A DNA stretch of 64,000 nt from an uncultured Candidatus Binatia bacterium (GTDB lineage: Bacteria > Desulfobacterota > Binatia > UBA9968 > JAJDTQ01), in NCBI GenBank assembly GCA_965215605.1, contig OZ244070.1, positions 1,056,001 through 1,120,000 of the forward strand, read 5' to 3'. The translations under genes were made by a program, and so were the position numbers. Below are positions 50,348 through 59,700 of this stretch, piece by piece; within the stretch, counting starts at the first letter, position 1, and every line of letters begins with the position of its first letter. The notes under the pieces are model-generated. The model saw only the letters and a program-made list of their open reading frames with translations, had not been told where the DNA came from and searched no databases.

Positions 50348-50560
50348 TCAGGTCAGCCGCAAGCTGTACTCCAGGACCTCGCTGAGCCTTCGTATCTTGG
50401 TGGCCCGGTCCAGGCGCTCCTCGCGGGGCGCGAGGAAATAGCGATCCAGGCTGTTCCGGAGATTCCACTCCAGCACCTCGATGCATTGCTCGGTGACGTC
50501 CCGCTCGAGCCGCCGGCGTCGCTGCTGGCGGACCTTGCCGATCTCTACGACGCGCGCCAT
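50348..50560 (-). CDS. Hypothetical helical protein (70 aa)
   Basis: Amphipathic helical pattern, GC3-rich codons, directly downstream of aguA. Confidence 0.6.
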   Translation of the reverse strand: MARVVEIGKVRQQRRRRLERDVTEQCIEVLEWNLRNSLDRYFLAPREERLDRATKIRRLSEVLEYSLRLT

Positions 50561-50600
50561 GACACAAGGGTCCCCACACTAGAAACAGAAGTGCGGCCTG

Positions 50601-51647
50601 TCAAGTCGCGGGCTGCTGCTGGGTGACGCAGTGGATGCCCCCGAGCCCGAGGATCAGCGCCCGCGCGTCGATCCCGGCCACCCGGCGGCCCGGGAACAGC
50701 GGCGCGAGCGTGTCCAGGGCGGCCCGATCTCTGGGCCCGCCGTAGAGCGGCACCAGCACCACTCCGTTGGCGACATAGAAGTTCGCGTAGCTGGCGGGAA
50801 GCCGGGCGCCGTCCGCCGTCACGGGATCGGGCTGCGGCAGCGGGACCACCCGGAGCGGACGGCCGCGCAAGTCCTCGGCGGACGCCAAACAGCGGAAATT
50901 CTCCTGGAGCGCCCGGTGGTTCGCGTCCCGGGGATCCTCTTCCACCACGCACACGACGGTATCCGTGCTCACGAAACGCGCCAGGTTGTCGATGTGTCCG
51001 TCGGTGTCGTCCCCTACCATGCCGGCAGGGAGCCACAGGACGCGCCGGAGCCCGAGGGCGGACCGCAACACCGCCTCGATGTCCTCCCGTGTCCGGCCGG
51101 GGTTGCGGTTCGGGTTCAGAAGGCACTCCTCGGTGACGAGGCAGAGGCCGGCGCCGTCGACGTCGATGGAGCCTCCCTCCAGCACGATTTCCGGAGCGAA
51201 CACCCGCAGACCCAGGGCCTCGTTGATCCGCTGCGGCACGGCGTCGTCCGCCACGTAGTCCGGGTACTTCAACCCCCAGGCGTTGAACCGCCATTCGACC
51301 AGGGCCTCGGACCCGCCCGCGGCGGTGACGAAGGTCGGCCCGTAGTCCCGGATCCACACATCGACGGTGGGGATGCGATGGAAGAGGACCCGGCGCGTAT
51401 CGACGCCGGCGCGCCCGAGACGCGCCGCCGCCGAGGTTTCGGAAGCCGCGTCGTCGACCAGCAGACGGACCCGCTCGCCGGCGGTGAGCGCCCGGATCAT
51501 CTCGATCCAGGTCTGCCGCACCCGCTCGAGGTCGTGGGGCCAGGTGTCCTGGTTGTGGGGCCACGCGAGCCACGTGGCGGCATGGGGCTCCCACTCCGCC
51601 GGCATCCGGCAACCCGCCGTCCGGGGATCCGCCAGATCGTGCCTCAC
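50601..51647 (-). CDS. aguA: Agmatine deiminase (peptidylarginine deiminase-like family)
   Basis: MPAEWEPH, WIRDYGP, LEGGSI, DTDGHID, SYANF and GGIHCVTQQ motifs. Confidence 0.92.
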   Translation of the reverse strand: MRHDLADPRTAGCRMPAEWEPHAATWLAWPHNQDTWPHDLERVRQTWIEMIRALTAGERVRLLVDDAASETSAAARLGRAGVDTRRVLFHRIPTVDVWIRDYGPTFVTAAGGSEALVEWRFNAWGLKYPDYVADDAVPQRINEALGLRVFAPEIVLEGGSIDVDGAGLCLVTEECLLNPNRNPGRTREDIEAVLRSALGLRRVLWLPAGMVGDDTDGHIDNLARFVSTDTVVCVVEEDPRDANHRALQENFRCLASAEDLRGRPLRVVPLPQPDPVTADGARLPASYANFYVANGVVLVPLYGGPRDRAALDTLAPLFPGRRVAGIDARALILGLGGIHCVTQQQPAT

Positions 51648-51650
51648 GAA

Positions 51651-52520
51651 TCAGTCCAGCAGTTGCCGGGTCAGGCCGCCGTAGGCGTCGACGCGCCGGT
51701 CCCGGAGAAACGGCCAGTTGTGGCGGGCTTCCGCCACGGCGTCGAGGTCGCAATCCACCAGCAGGGTTTCGGGCCGGTTCCTGCCTGCCCGGGCCAGCAC
51801 CCGGCCGGAAGGGTCGGCGGCAAAGGAGCTGCCCCAGAAGGCGATCCGTTCCTCGCGCCCCACCCGGTTGACCGCGGCCACGTAGACGCCGTTGGTCACC
51901 GCGTGGGAGCGCTGCACCAGCTCCCACGCTTCGAGCTGGGCCTGACGCGCGGCCCGGGTCTCGCCGGCGCCCCAGCCGATGGCGGTGGGGTAGAAAATGA
52001 TCTCGGCCCCGCCCAGGGCGGCCAACCGCGCCGCTTCCGGAAACCACTGGTCCCAGCAGATAAGCACGCCCACATGGGCGTAGCGGGTGCGGAAGGTCCG
52101 GAAACCCAGGTCGCCGGGGGTGAAATAGAACTTCTCGTGGAAACCCGGATCATCCGGTATGTGCATCTTGCGGTACTTGCCCAGGATCGCTCCGTCCGCG
52201 TCGATGACCACCGCGGTGTTGTGATAGACGCCCGGCGCCCGGGCCTCGAACACGGAGGCCACGATGACGACCTCCAGTTCCCGCGCCAGGGGACAGAAAC
52301 GCTCGGTGGTGGGTCCGGGGACGGATTCCGCCAGGGAAAAGGCCTCCGTCTCCTCGGACTGCGGGAAATACCGGGAACGGAACAGCTCCTGGACGCAGAC
52401 GATCCTGGCGCCGGCCTGGGCGGCGAGCCGGATACGCCGCGCGGCGGCGGCGAGGTTGCGGTCCGGGGCCGGAGCCGCCCTGGACTGCAGTAGACCCAGG
52501 GTGACGTGGCGGTTGGTCAT
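51651..52520 (-). CDS. aguB: N-carbamoylputrescine amidase (nitrilase superfamily)
   Basis: QELF, YRKMHIPDDP, EKFYF and ICWDQWFPE motifs; adjacent to agmatine deiminase. Confidence 0.88.
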   Translation of the reverse strand: MTNRHVTLGLLQSRAAPAPDRNLAAAARRIRLAAQAGARIVCVQELFRSRYFPQSEETEAFSLAESVPGPTTERFCPLARELEVVIVASVFEARAPGVYHNTAVVIDADGAILGKYRKMHIPDDPGFHEKFYFTPGDLGFRTFRTRYAHVGVLICWDQWFPEAARLAALGGAEIIFYPTAIGWGAGETRAARQAQLEAWELVQRSHAVTNGVYVAAVNRVGREERIAFWGSSFAADPSGRVLARAGRNRPETLLVDCDLDAVAEARHNWPFLRDRRVDAYGGLTRQLLD

Positions 52521-52582
52521 GGGGATCACGGCGCCGGCGCTCCGCTCGCGAAGTTTCGCGGGAGTTGCGGGGCCGGGGCCGC

Positions 52583-53878
52583 CTACGCCGCCTGGCGGCG
52601 GTTCATGGGCACGTAGTCGCGGACGTCGGAGCCGAGGTAGAGCTGGCGCGGGCGCGCGAGCTTCTGTTCGGGGTCCTCCAGCATCTCGATCCACTGGGCG
52701 AGCCAGCCGGAGGCCCTGGCGATGGCGAAGAGCACCGGGAACATGCTCACGGGCAGTCCCATGGACTGGTAGATGAGCCCGGAGTAGAAGTCGACGTTGG
52801 GGTAGAGCTTCCGCTGGATGAAGTAGTCGTCCTCCAGGGCGATGCGTTCGAGCTCCAGGGCGATATCCAGCAACGGATTGCGCCCGGTCACCTCGAACAC
52901 CTCGTCCGCCACCCGCTTGATGACCTTCGCCCGGGGGTCGTAGTTCTTGTAGACCCGGTGCCCGAAGCCCATGAGGCGCCCTTCACCCGCCTTCACTCCC
53001 TTGATGAACTCCGGAACCTTGTCCTTGGAGCCGATCTCCGCCAGCATTCGCAGCACCATCTCGTTGGCGCCGCCGTGAAGCGGCCCGTACAGCGCGGAGG
53101 CGGCGCCTGCCAGGGCGGAGTAAGGATCGGCCTGGGAGCTGCTGATGCTCCGCATGGCGTTGGTGCTGCAGTTCTGCTCGTGGTCCGCGTGCAGGATGAA
53201 GAGCACGTCCAGTGCCTTTTCCAGCACCGGGTCCGGCGAATACTTGAGCTCCGTCATCTTGTAGAGCATGTTGAGGAAGTTGCCGGTGTAGCTCAAGTCG
53301 TTGTCCGGATAGGCGTAGGGAAGCCCCATGCTGTGGCGATAGACGAACGCCGCCAAGGTGGGGATCTTGCCCATCAAGCGGAAAATCTGCCTGCGCCGGG
53401 ACTCCGGATCGAACATCTGCTTGGCGTCCGGATAGAAGGTCGACAACGCCGCGATGGAGCTGATCAACATTCCCATGGGGTGCGCGTCGTACTTGAAGCC
53501 GTCGATGAACTTCTTGATGTTCTCGTGGAGCAGCGTGTGGTGGTTGATGCTCCAGCTCCAGTCGTCCAACTCGGCGGTTGTGGGCAGCTCGCCGTGGAAG
53601 ATCAGGTAGGTGGTCTCCAGGTAGGTGCTATCCTCCGCCAACTGCTCGATGGGGTAGCCGCGGTAGCGCAGGATGCCCACGTCGCCGTCGATGAACGTGA
53701 TGCGGCTGTGGCATGAGGCCGTGTTCAGAAAGCCCGGGTCGTAGCTCATCAGGCCGAAATCGCCCTCCGAAGCCTTGATCTGTCGAAGGTGGGCAGCATT
53801 GATGGCGCCGTTCTCGATGGGGATCTCGTAGGATGTCCCAGTCCGGTTATCCGTCACGGTCAAGGTGTCTGCCGTCAT
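52583..53878 (-). CDS. gltA: Citrate synthase
   Basis: YDPG, HADHEQN, GPLHGGAN, GFGHRVYK and YPNVDFYSG motifs. Confidence 0.97.
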   Translation of the reverse strand: MTADTLTVTDNRTGTSYEIPIENGAINAAHLRQIKASEGDFGLMSYDPGFLNTASCHSRITFIDGDVGILRYRGYPIEQLAEDSTYLETTYLIFHGELPTTAELDDWSWSINHHTLLHENIKKFIDGFKYDAHPMGMLISSIAALSTFYPDAKQMFDPESRRRQIFRLMGKIPTLAAFVYRHSMGLPYAYPDNDLSYTGNFLNMLYKMTELKYSPDPVLEKALDVLFILHADHEQNCSTNAMRSISSSQADPYSALAGAASALYGPLHGGANEMVLRMLAEIGSKDKVPEFIKGVKAGEGRLMGFGHRVYKNYDPRAKVIKRVADEVFEVTGRNPLLDIALELERIALEDDYFIQRKLYPNVDFYSGLIYQSMGLPVSMFPVLFAIARASGWLAQWIEMLEDPEQKLARPRQLYLGSDVRDYVPMNRRQAA

Positions 53879-54030
53879 ACGTCGTTCCTCTTCCTGTGCA
53901 TTTTGCGAAGTAGCTTCTTAGAACATCCCCGGTGAGGGGTCAACCCATAATTCGGGCCGTTTCGCTTGACAGATCGGCCGGTGTCCGTTCTCGAAAAACG
54001 GCCTCTGAACGGGTGTTGGGGCACCCGGAT

Positions 54031-54128
54031 TCACGCTCCGGCAAGCCGCATGCCGCCGTCCACCGGAAGGATCGCGGCGGTGACGTGGGAGGCCGCCTCC
54101 GACGCCAGATACAGCGCCGCCCGTGCCG
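54031..54128 (-). pseudogene. 3' remnant of a short-chain dehydrogenase gene
   Basis: Manual translation ARAALYLASEAASHVTAAILPVDGGMRLAGA* is an SDR C-terminal motif with no upstream gene body. Confidence 0.7.
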
Positions 54129-54149
54129 CGGAGACGTCATTCCGGGCGT

Positions 54150-55274
54150 TCAGCTCCGGGCGTATTCCCGCACCGCGTCGTCGTCCAGGACCATCCCGTG
54201 CCCGGGGGTCTCCGGCAGCGTCACCCAGCCGTCCTCGGGCTCGGGCGGGTCCTTGTAGATGGCCCTGGCCATGTGCCAGTCGTTCACGTGGAACTCGGTG
54301 CGCCAGCCGTTGGGCACGGCGGCGTGCAGGTTCATGTCGTAGTAAGCGCCGTTGCCGATGGGCAGGTCGAAGGCCTGGGCCACCGCCGCCGCCTTCATGC
54401 CCATGGTGAAGCCGCCGACGGAGCCCACCTGCATGTTGAGAAAATCAACGGCGCCGGCCCGCGCCAGCCCCGCCAGCCCGTAGAAGTCCTCCCATTGGCC
54501 GGCGGCGATGGGAATCGAGGTATGGCGCCGCAGCGCCGCCAGCCGGGCCGGGTCGTTGCGAAGGATGGGCTCCTCGAACCACATGAGGTTGTAGGGCTCC
54601 AGCCGCTTGCACCAGCGCAGCGCCGCGTCGTAGCGCAGCAGGCAGGCGGCGTCCACCATGAGTTCCACCTCGCCCCCCACGGCTTCCCGCACCGCCCGGA
54701 CCCGGCGCTCGTCCTCCGACGGATCGTCCTCGCGGTGCGCCCCGCTGGCGCCGCGCATGTCGATCTCGCCGTGGATGTTGACCCGGCCGACCATCAGCTT
54801 GAGGCGCTTGTGGCCGCGCTCCACCCAGTGCCGCGCCGCTTCCACCAGGGCGTCCCGGCCGTAGCTCCGGACCCCGAACGTGAAATAGCAGGGCACGGAC
54901 TGCTGTGCCCCTCCCAGGAGGCGCCACACCGGCAACTCGTAGAGCTTGCCCCTGATGTCCCACAGCGCGATGTCGATGGCGCTCACGGCGGCGTTCCACA
55001 CGCCGGGCTCGGCCCGCGGGTTGAAACGCCAACGCATCTCGTGCATCAGGCGCTCGTTCTCCAGGGGGTCCCGGCCCAGCAGGAAGGGCGTCAGATCCGA
55101 CTCGATAAACCGCAGGATGGCGGAACCCGGGCCGTGGCCGATTTCGGCCGTCCCGGTCAGCCCCTGGTCGGTCTCCACCCATACCAAGTCCACGGAGGCG
55201 CTTCGGCGTTCGTGGAACGGCAACTCCAGGGGAATGTTCGAGAGCCGCCGGGTCTTGATGGCGCTGATCTTCAT
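54150..55274 (-). CDS. Mandelate racemase/muconate lactonizing enzyme family protein
   Basis: SAIDIALWDIRGK...PVWRLLGG, MVDA, WFEEP and PGHG motifs. Confidence 0.9.
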   Translation of the reverse strand: MKISAIKTRRLSNIPLELPFHERRSASVDLVWVETDQGLTGTAEIGHGPGSAILRFIESDLTPFLLGRDPLENERLMHEMRWRFNPRAEPGVWNAAVSAIDIALWDIRGKLYELPVWRLLGGAQQSVPCYFTFGVRSYGRDALVEAARHWVERGHKRLKLMVGRVNIHGEIDMRGASGAHREDDPSEDERRVRAVREAVGGEVELMVDAACLLRYDAALRWCKRLEPYNLMWFEEPILRNDPARLAALRRHTSIPIAAGQWEDFYGLAGLARAGAVDFLNMQVGSVGGFTMGMKAAAVAQAFDLPIGNGAYYDMNLHAAVPNGWRTEFHVNDWHMARAIYKDPPEPEDGWVTLPETPGHGMVLDDDAVREYARS

Positions 55275-55350
55275 GACGTCGGGTCTCCTTCGGTGTGCTG
55301 GTGGCCTGTGTCGAAAGCCTGGTGCGTGCCGTTGGCGGCGTTGACCACGT

Positions 55351-56496
55351 CTACCCCCACACCTGCCGCGCCGTCTCCACCACCCGCTCGAGCTTCCGTT
55401 TCTGGTCGTCCGGGGTCACGAGATTGCCCACCACGTCCGAAGAGAAGCCGCACTGCGGGCTGATGGCCAACTGCTCCAGCGGCAGGAAGCGGGAGGCGTC
55501 CTCGACGCGCCGGCTCAGGTCGTCCACGCTCTCGAGCTCGGGGACCTTGGTGCTCACCAGCCCCAGCACCACCACCGTGCCCTTGCGGACGAACCGCAGC
55601 GGCTCGAATCCGCCGGCCCGCCCGGTGTCGTACTCCAGCAGCAGCCGGCGGTGCTTGAGTCCTGCGAACAACCGTTCCGCCACCGCGTCGTAGGAGCCCT
55701 CCCGGTGCCACATGCTGCGCTGGTTGCCCCGGCAGAGATGGATCCCGGAGACGGCCTCGCCGAAGGCTTCGAGGATCCGGTTGTCGGCGGCGATGGATCG
55801 CTCCAGGTTGGCGTCCGGGTCTTCCCCCCGCTGCCGCATGGCCTCCAGCGACGGCTCGTCGACATAGGCCGTGTAGCCCGGCGCGTCGATCTGGATGTAG
55901 CGGCAGCCGGCCTCCGCCAAGCCCGCCACCATAGCCTTCTCGATGGCCACGACGTCGTCAAGAAACTCCTCGACGGTGGGATAGATGTCGCGCGAGTTCT
56001 CGTGGTCGAAGCGCTGGCTGATGCGGTCGGGGCCCACCAGCGCCACCTTGGCGGGGGTGTGGGCCACGGTGCCGAGGTAGCGGTATTCTTCCAGCGGCAG
56101 GTTCCGCGCCAAGCGCAAGCGATCCACCGCCGGCAGCCGGTGCCAGACCGGCACCTGGGGGTTCACGTCGCGCTGAACGTCCCAGCGCCGCAGCGCCGTG
56201 CCGCCATGGGACTGGCGTTCCAGGATCTCCATGCGGGCCGACCCCGAACGAAACCCTTCCACGCAGGCGCCGAAGCTGTCCTGAAAATTAAGCCTGCGGA
56301 ACTCGCCGTCGGTCACCACCCCCAAGCCCAGGCCCTCCTGCAGCGCCACGGCCGCGCGGATTTCCTCGTCCTCCACCTCCCGCAATCCGTCCGCATCCAG
56401 CTCGCCCGCCTCGAAACGGCGCCGCGCCTGCTTGAGCCGCTCAGGCCGTAGCAGGCTTCCCACCACATCGGTCCTCATGGTCGCCAGTTCGCTCAT
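55351..56496 (-). CDS. Cobalamin-independent methionine synthase II (core MetE-like) family protein
   Basis: VGSLLRP, TDGEFRR, HLCRGN, LEYD and SPQCGF (Zn ligands); GGAGG RBS before MSELATM. Confidence 0.88.
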   Translation of the reverse strand: MSELATMRTDVVGSLLRPERLKQARRRFEAGELDADGLREVEDEEIRAAVALQEGLGLGVVTDGEFRRLNFQDSFGACVEGFRSGSARMEILERQSHGGTALRRWDVQRDVNPQVPVWHRLPAVDRLRLARNLPLEEYRYLGTVAHTPAKVALVGPDRISQRFDHENSRDIYPTVEEFLDDVVAIEKAMVAGLAEAGCRYIQIDAPGYTAYVDEPSLEAMRQRGEDPDANLERSIAADNRILEAFGEAVSGIHLCRGNQRSMWHREGSYDAVAERLFAGLKHRRLLLEYDTGRAGGFEPLRFVRKGTVVVLGLVSTKVPELESVDDLSRRVEDASRFLPLEQLAISPQCGFSSDVVGNLVTPDDQKRKLERVVETARQVWG

Positions 56497-56741
56497 CTCC
56501 ACCCTCCTCGACGGACCCTGTCCGGCGTTCGGCTCCGGGCGTCCTCCAACCCGGTGCAACCACACCGTCTGCTCCATGAGCATGGCGTCTGTCAAGCCCT
56601 TGAAGTGCTTGCCCGGCTGCCTCGCGCCTCCGATGCCGCGGCGCTCGCGACAGGAAGGTGCCGGAGAGCGACCGCGGGTGCGGGCTCGCCGGCGACAGGC
56701 AGGAGGGCGCCTCGATGAGCGGTGCCTGAGTCTGGCTTCCT

Positions 56742-59700
56742 CTATCCCGTCTTGGACTCGGACGATCTTCCGGCCCACGCATACCAACGCCTCAGGCAGT
56801 CATTGGCGATGCCCACCGGCAGGCGTCCGGCCGCGGGAGTGATCTGCGCGCGGAGCCGCAGGTCGTCCTCGTCGAGAACCGGGCGGTCGTCGAGATAGCC
56901 GGTCTCGGCCAGATAGAGCTGGAGTCTTTCCACGTTGCTCTTCCGAAAACCCCGCAGGCGCGGGTCCTGGTTCCCGTCGAGCGCGGCGACGAGCCTCTTG
57001 GCGTCGCCTTCCAGGTCCCGCGCAATGGCGACCACGTCATCGAGATAGCGGTCGGTCAGGGCCTCGCTCTCCTCCAGGACTTCACGACCGACGGTCCGGC
57101 CCCTGCCCTGCAGCCACAGCTCGCAGAACGCCTTCAGGAGGTCCAACCGGGCCGTGATGTCCGCGGGAGAGATGGACAGGGAGCCCAGCCTCTCGGCCAG
57201 CGACGTGCCTGCAACCGTCCTCCACTGTCCCGCTCGCTCGATGCCGTTCAGGAGACAGTCGTACAACAGATCCGGATCGTCCCACAGGACGTAAAAGAAA
57301 TGCTGCGCCGCGTAACCGAGTTCCGGACGGAACGCGGGCACGTCGAGCGCCGCGCCATATTCCTCGGGCGACCGTCCATCGGGCGCCGGAACCGTGGGGC
57401 CGGGGTCGACCCGGAGCGCCTGAGGCCCTCCGACGCTGACCGCCTTCGTTCGTATCAGGCCCAGATCGATCTCGGCGGCGATGTCGCAACCTTCCTTGCC
57501 GAGCGCGTCCCGGATACGGTCGATGTCAAGAGGATCGCTGGTCAGATAGAATATCTGGCGGCCCTGGTCCCTTGCCACGCGCCCAAGGCTCCGCACCATG
57601 GCCTCGAATCGCCGGGGGTCGCTCTGGTCCAGCGCTTCATCGAGAAACAGCGGCAGGATCTTGCCCTGTTCCACTTCTTCGGCGAACGCAAGGCGCGCCG
57701 CGAGCAACAACTGGACCCGGGTCCCGTCCGACAGTTCATCGAGATCCTGCGCCTCTCCGCCGCGCGATTCGCGGGCGAACAGCCGGGGGGCGTCGCCGTC
57801 CTTGCCCAGCTCCAGCTTGTAGTTGTGGTGGGTGAACTCGAAGAAATGATCCCGTGCGCGTTCGAACACACGGGGCATCCGGGTATGTTCATATTCCTCT
57901 TCGACCGAGTCCATAAGGAATCCGCCGGCCTTCGCGTACAGCGCATCGTTCCGGAGCTCGCTCAATTTCACGCGGGCGGCTTCACGGACGGCGATGAGAT
58001 CCTGCATGCCCTTGCCGCTCCTTGCCTCCTCCATCCCCGCGGTGATCTCGGCGACCTCGTTCCTCAATTCGCCGGCTCTCGTCTCCAGGTCCGAAAACTC
58101 ATCCTTGAGCCGCTCGAGGGACGGGACGTCGGATTCGGTCCATTCACCGGCCCCGGCCTGGGCAAGCTCCGCGCGGTCGAGGTCGATCTGCCCTTCCAGG
58201 CGCGTCTTTTCCCCGATCAGCTCGCGATAGCCCTCCAGTGAGCCCGCCAACGACCGGAGGCCGTTCAGGTCGCCTTCGCCGAGGCCCGCCTCCGCATAGA
58301 TTCGCCGGATGGAGTGGAGCGCCGCCTCCCGGTCCGCGGCATTCTCTTCGATCTGGGCCGTCATGGTCCGTTCGTCGTGGAGCGCCTGCTCCAGCCGCGA
58401 GTTCCGATCCGCGAGGTGATGGATTCGCGCCTTGGCGATTGCGCCATCTTCCAGCTCCGGTTCGCCACTCGCTTCGAGCACGCCGGCCAGACCGGACAGC
58501 AACCCGCCATGCCTTTGCTCAAGGGCTTCCAACTTGCCCGCCGCGGCTTCGTCATCGCGACGGGCCAGGCGCAGTTGGTCGAGAGCGCGCGCGTAGTCGA
58601 CCAGCTCCGCGTCCGGCGGGAGCGTATTCAAGCCGAGTTCTTCCTTGATCTCCTGCCTGCGGGCATCGAGCGCCGCTTCCGGTTCGGACAGACCCTCCAG
58701 CTCGGTCTCAAGCCGCTGCCGTTCCAGTTCGCGGTCGCGCGCCTGCCCCATGGAGACCTCGATGTCCGCGGTCTCGCGCTTCAGGCTGCTCAGGCGCGAC
58801 TCCACGGACGGGAGATTCCACTCGCTCGGTTCTTCCAGGCCCAGTAGGTCGTATGCCGCCCGGGCGGCCCGTCTGGCGTCTTGGGAACGGCGCCGATCGC
58901 CCAGAAGCAATACCGCCATGGTGGTCCCCATGCCGGCTCCGATACCCATGCCCGCGAGCAGTTGCGCGAGCACACGGAGCCGGGGCGCAGGGTTCGACGC
59001 CAGGGAGCCTTCCAGGCCCGGAACTTCAAGCAGCCCCGGGGGCGGAGCGACGAAAACCAACCCGGCGCCGGCCAACATCAACGCGATGGCGAGCAGGAGC
59101 CAGGGCCACCGGCTACGGACCCTGACAGCGGCGTCTTCGGGTTCCGGCACGCGCAGCCAAGCGTGCAGGGTCTCCACTCCGCCGCGGAATCTTTCAAGCT
59201 CGCGCTCGTGGTCCTGGGCCGGACCGAAGCGATCGAGCTGACGCAGCCGTTCCCGGATGGCGGCGGCCCGGGCCGAATGCTCCTGGCTCGAACGGAGAAA
59301 GGCGAACAAGTCTCTATGCTCGGAGAGGGTGAACGCGGGCGCGCTGACGCCGCCGCCGACGGCGGAGAGGGCCGCGGCCAGCGCTCTACGGGTGGCGTTC
59401 CGCTCGGTGGTTGCGGCATCGAGCTCCAGTTCGATGCGGCTCAACTCGTCGGCGTTCTCGCGCCAGGCCGCAAGGTCGGTCTGGTTCATGGGGCTGTCAA
59501 GCCCGGTTTGCCGGCGGGCCTCGCGCGTCCTGCCCAATTCCTGTTCCAGGAAACGCATCCGTTCCGCCAGCATGTCCGCCTGCTGCTGGTATCGTTCGAC
59601 CTCCTCGACCTCCTTGCCGGTCAGCTTCGCCAGCACCCGGGGCAAAGCCTCGATCCGCCCGATGATCCCGGCCAGTTCTTCGCGCCGGCGCGCAAGGCCG

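Noticed and set aside
56497-56741. Cobalamin or SAM riboswitch upstream of the MetE-like gene
   Set aside because: No recognisable B12-box or S-box core; only a possible TTGACA promoter.
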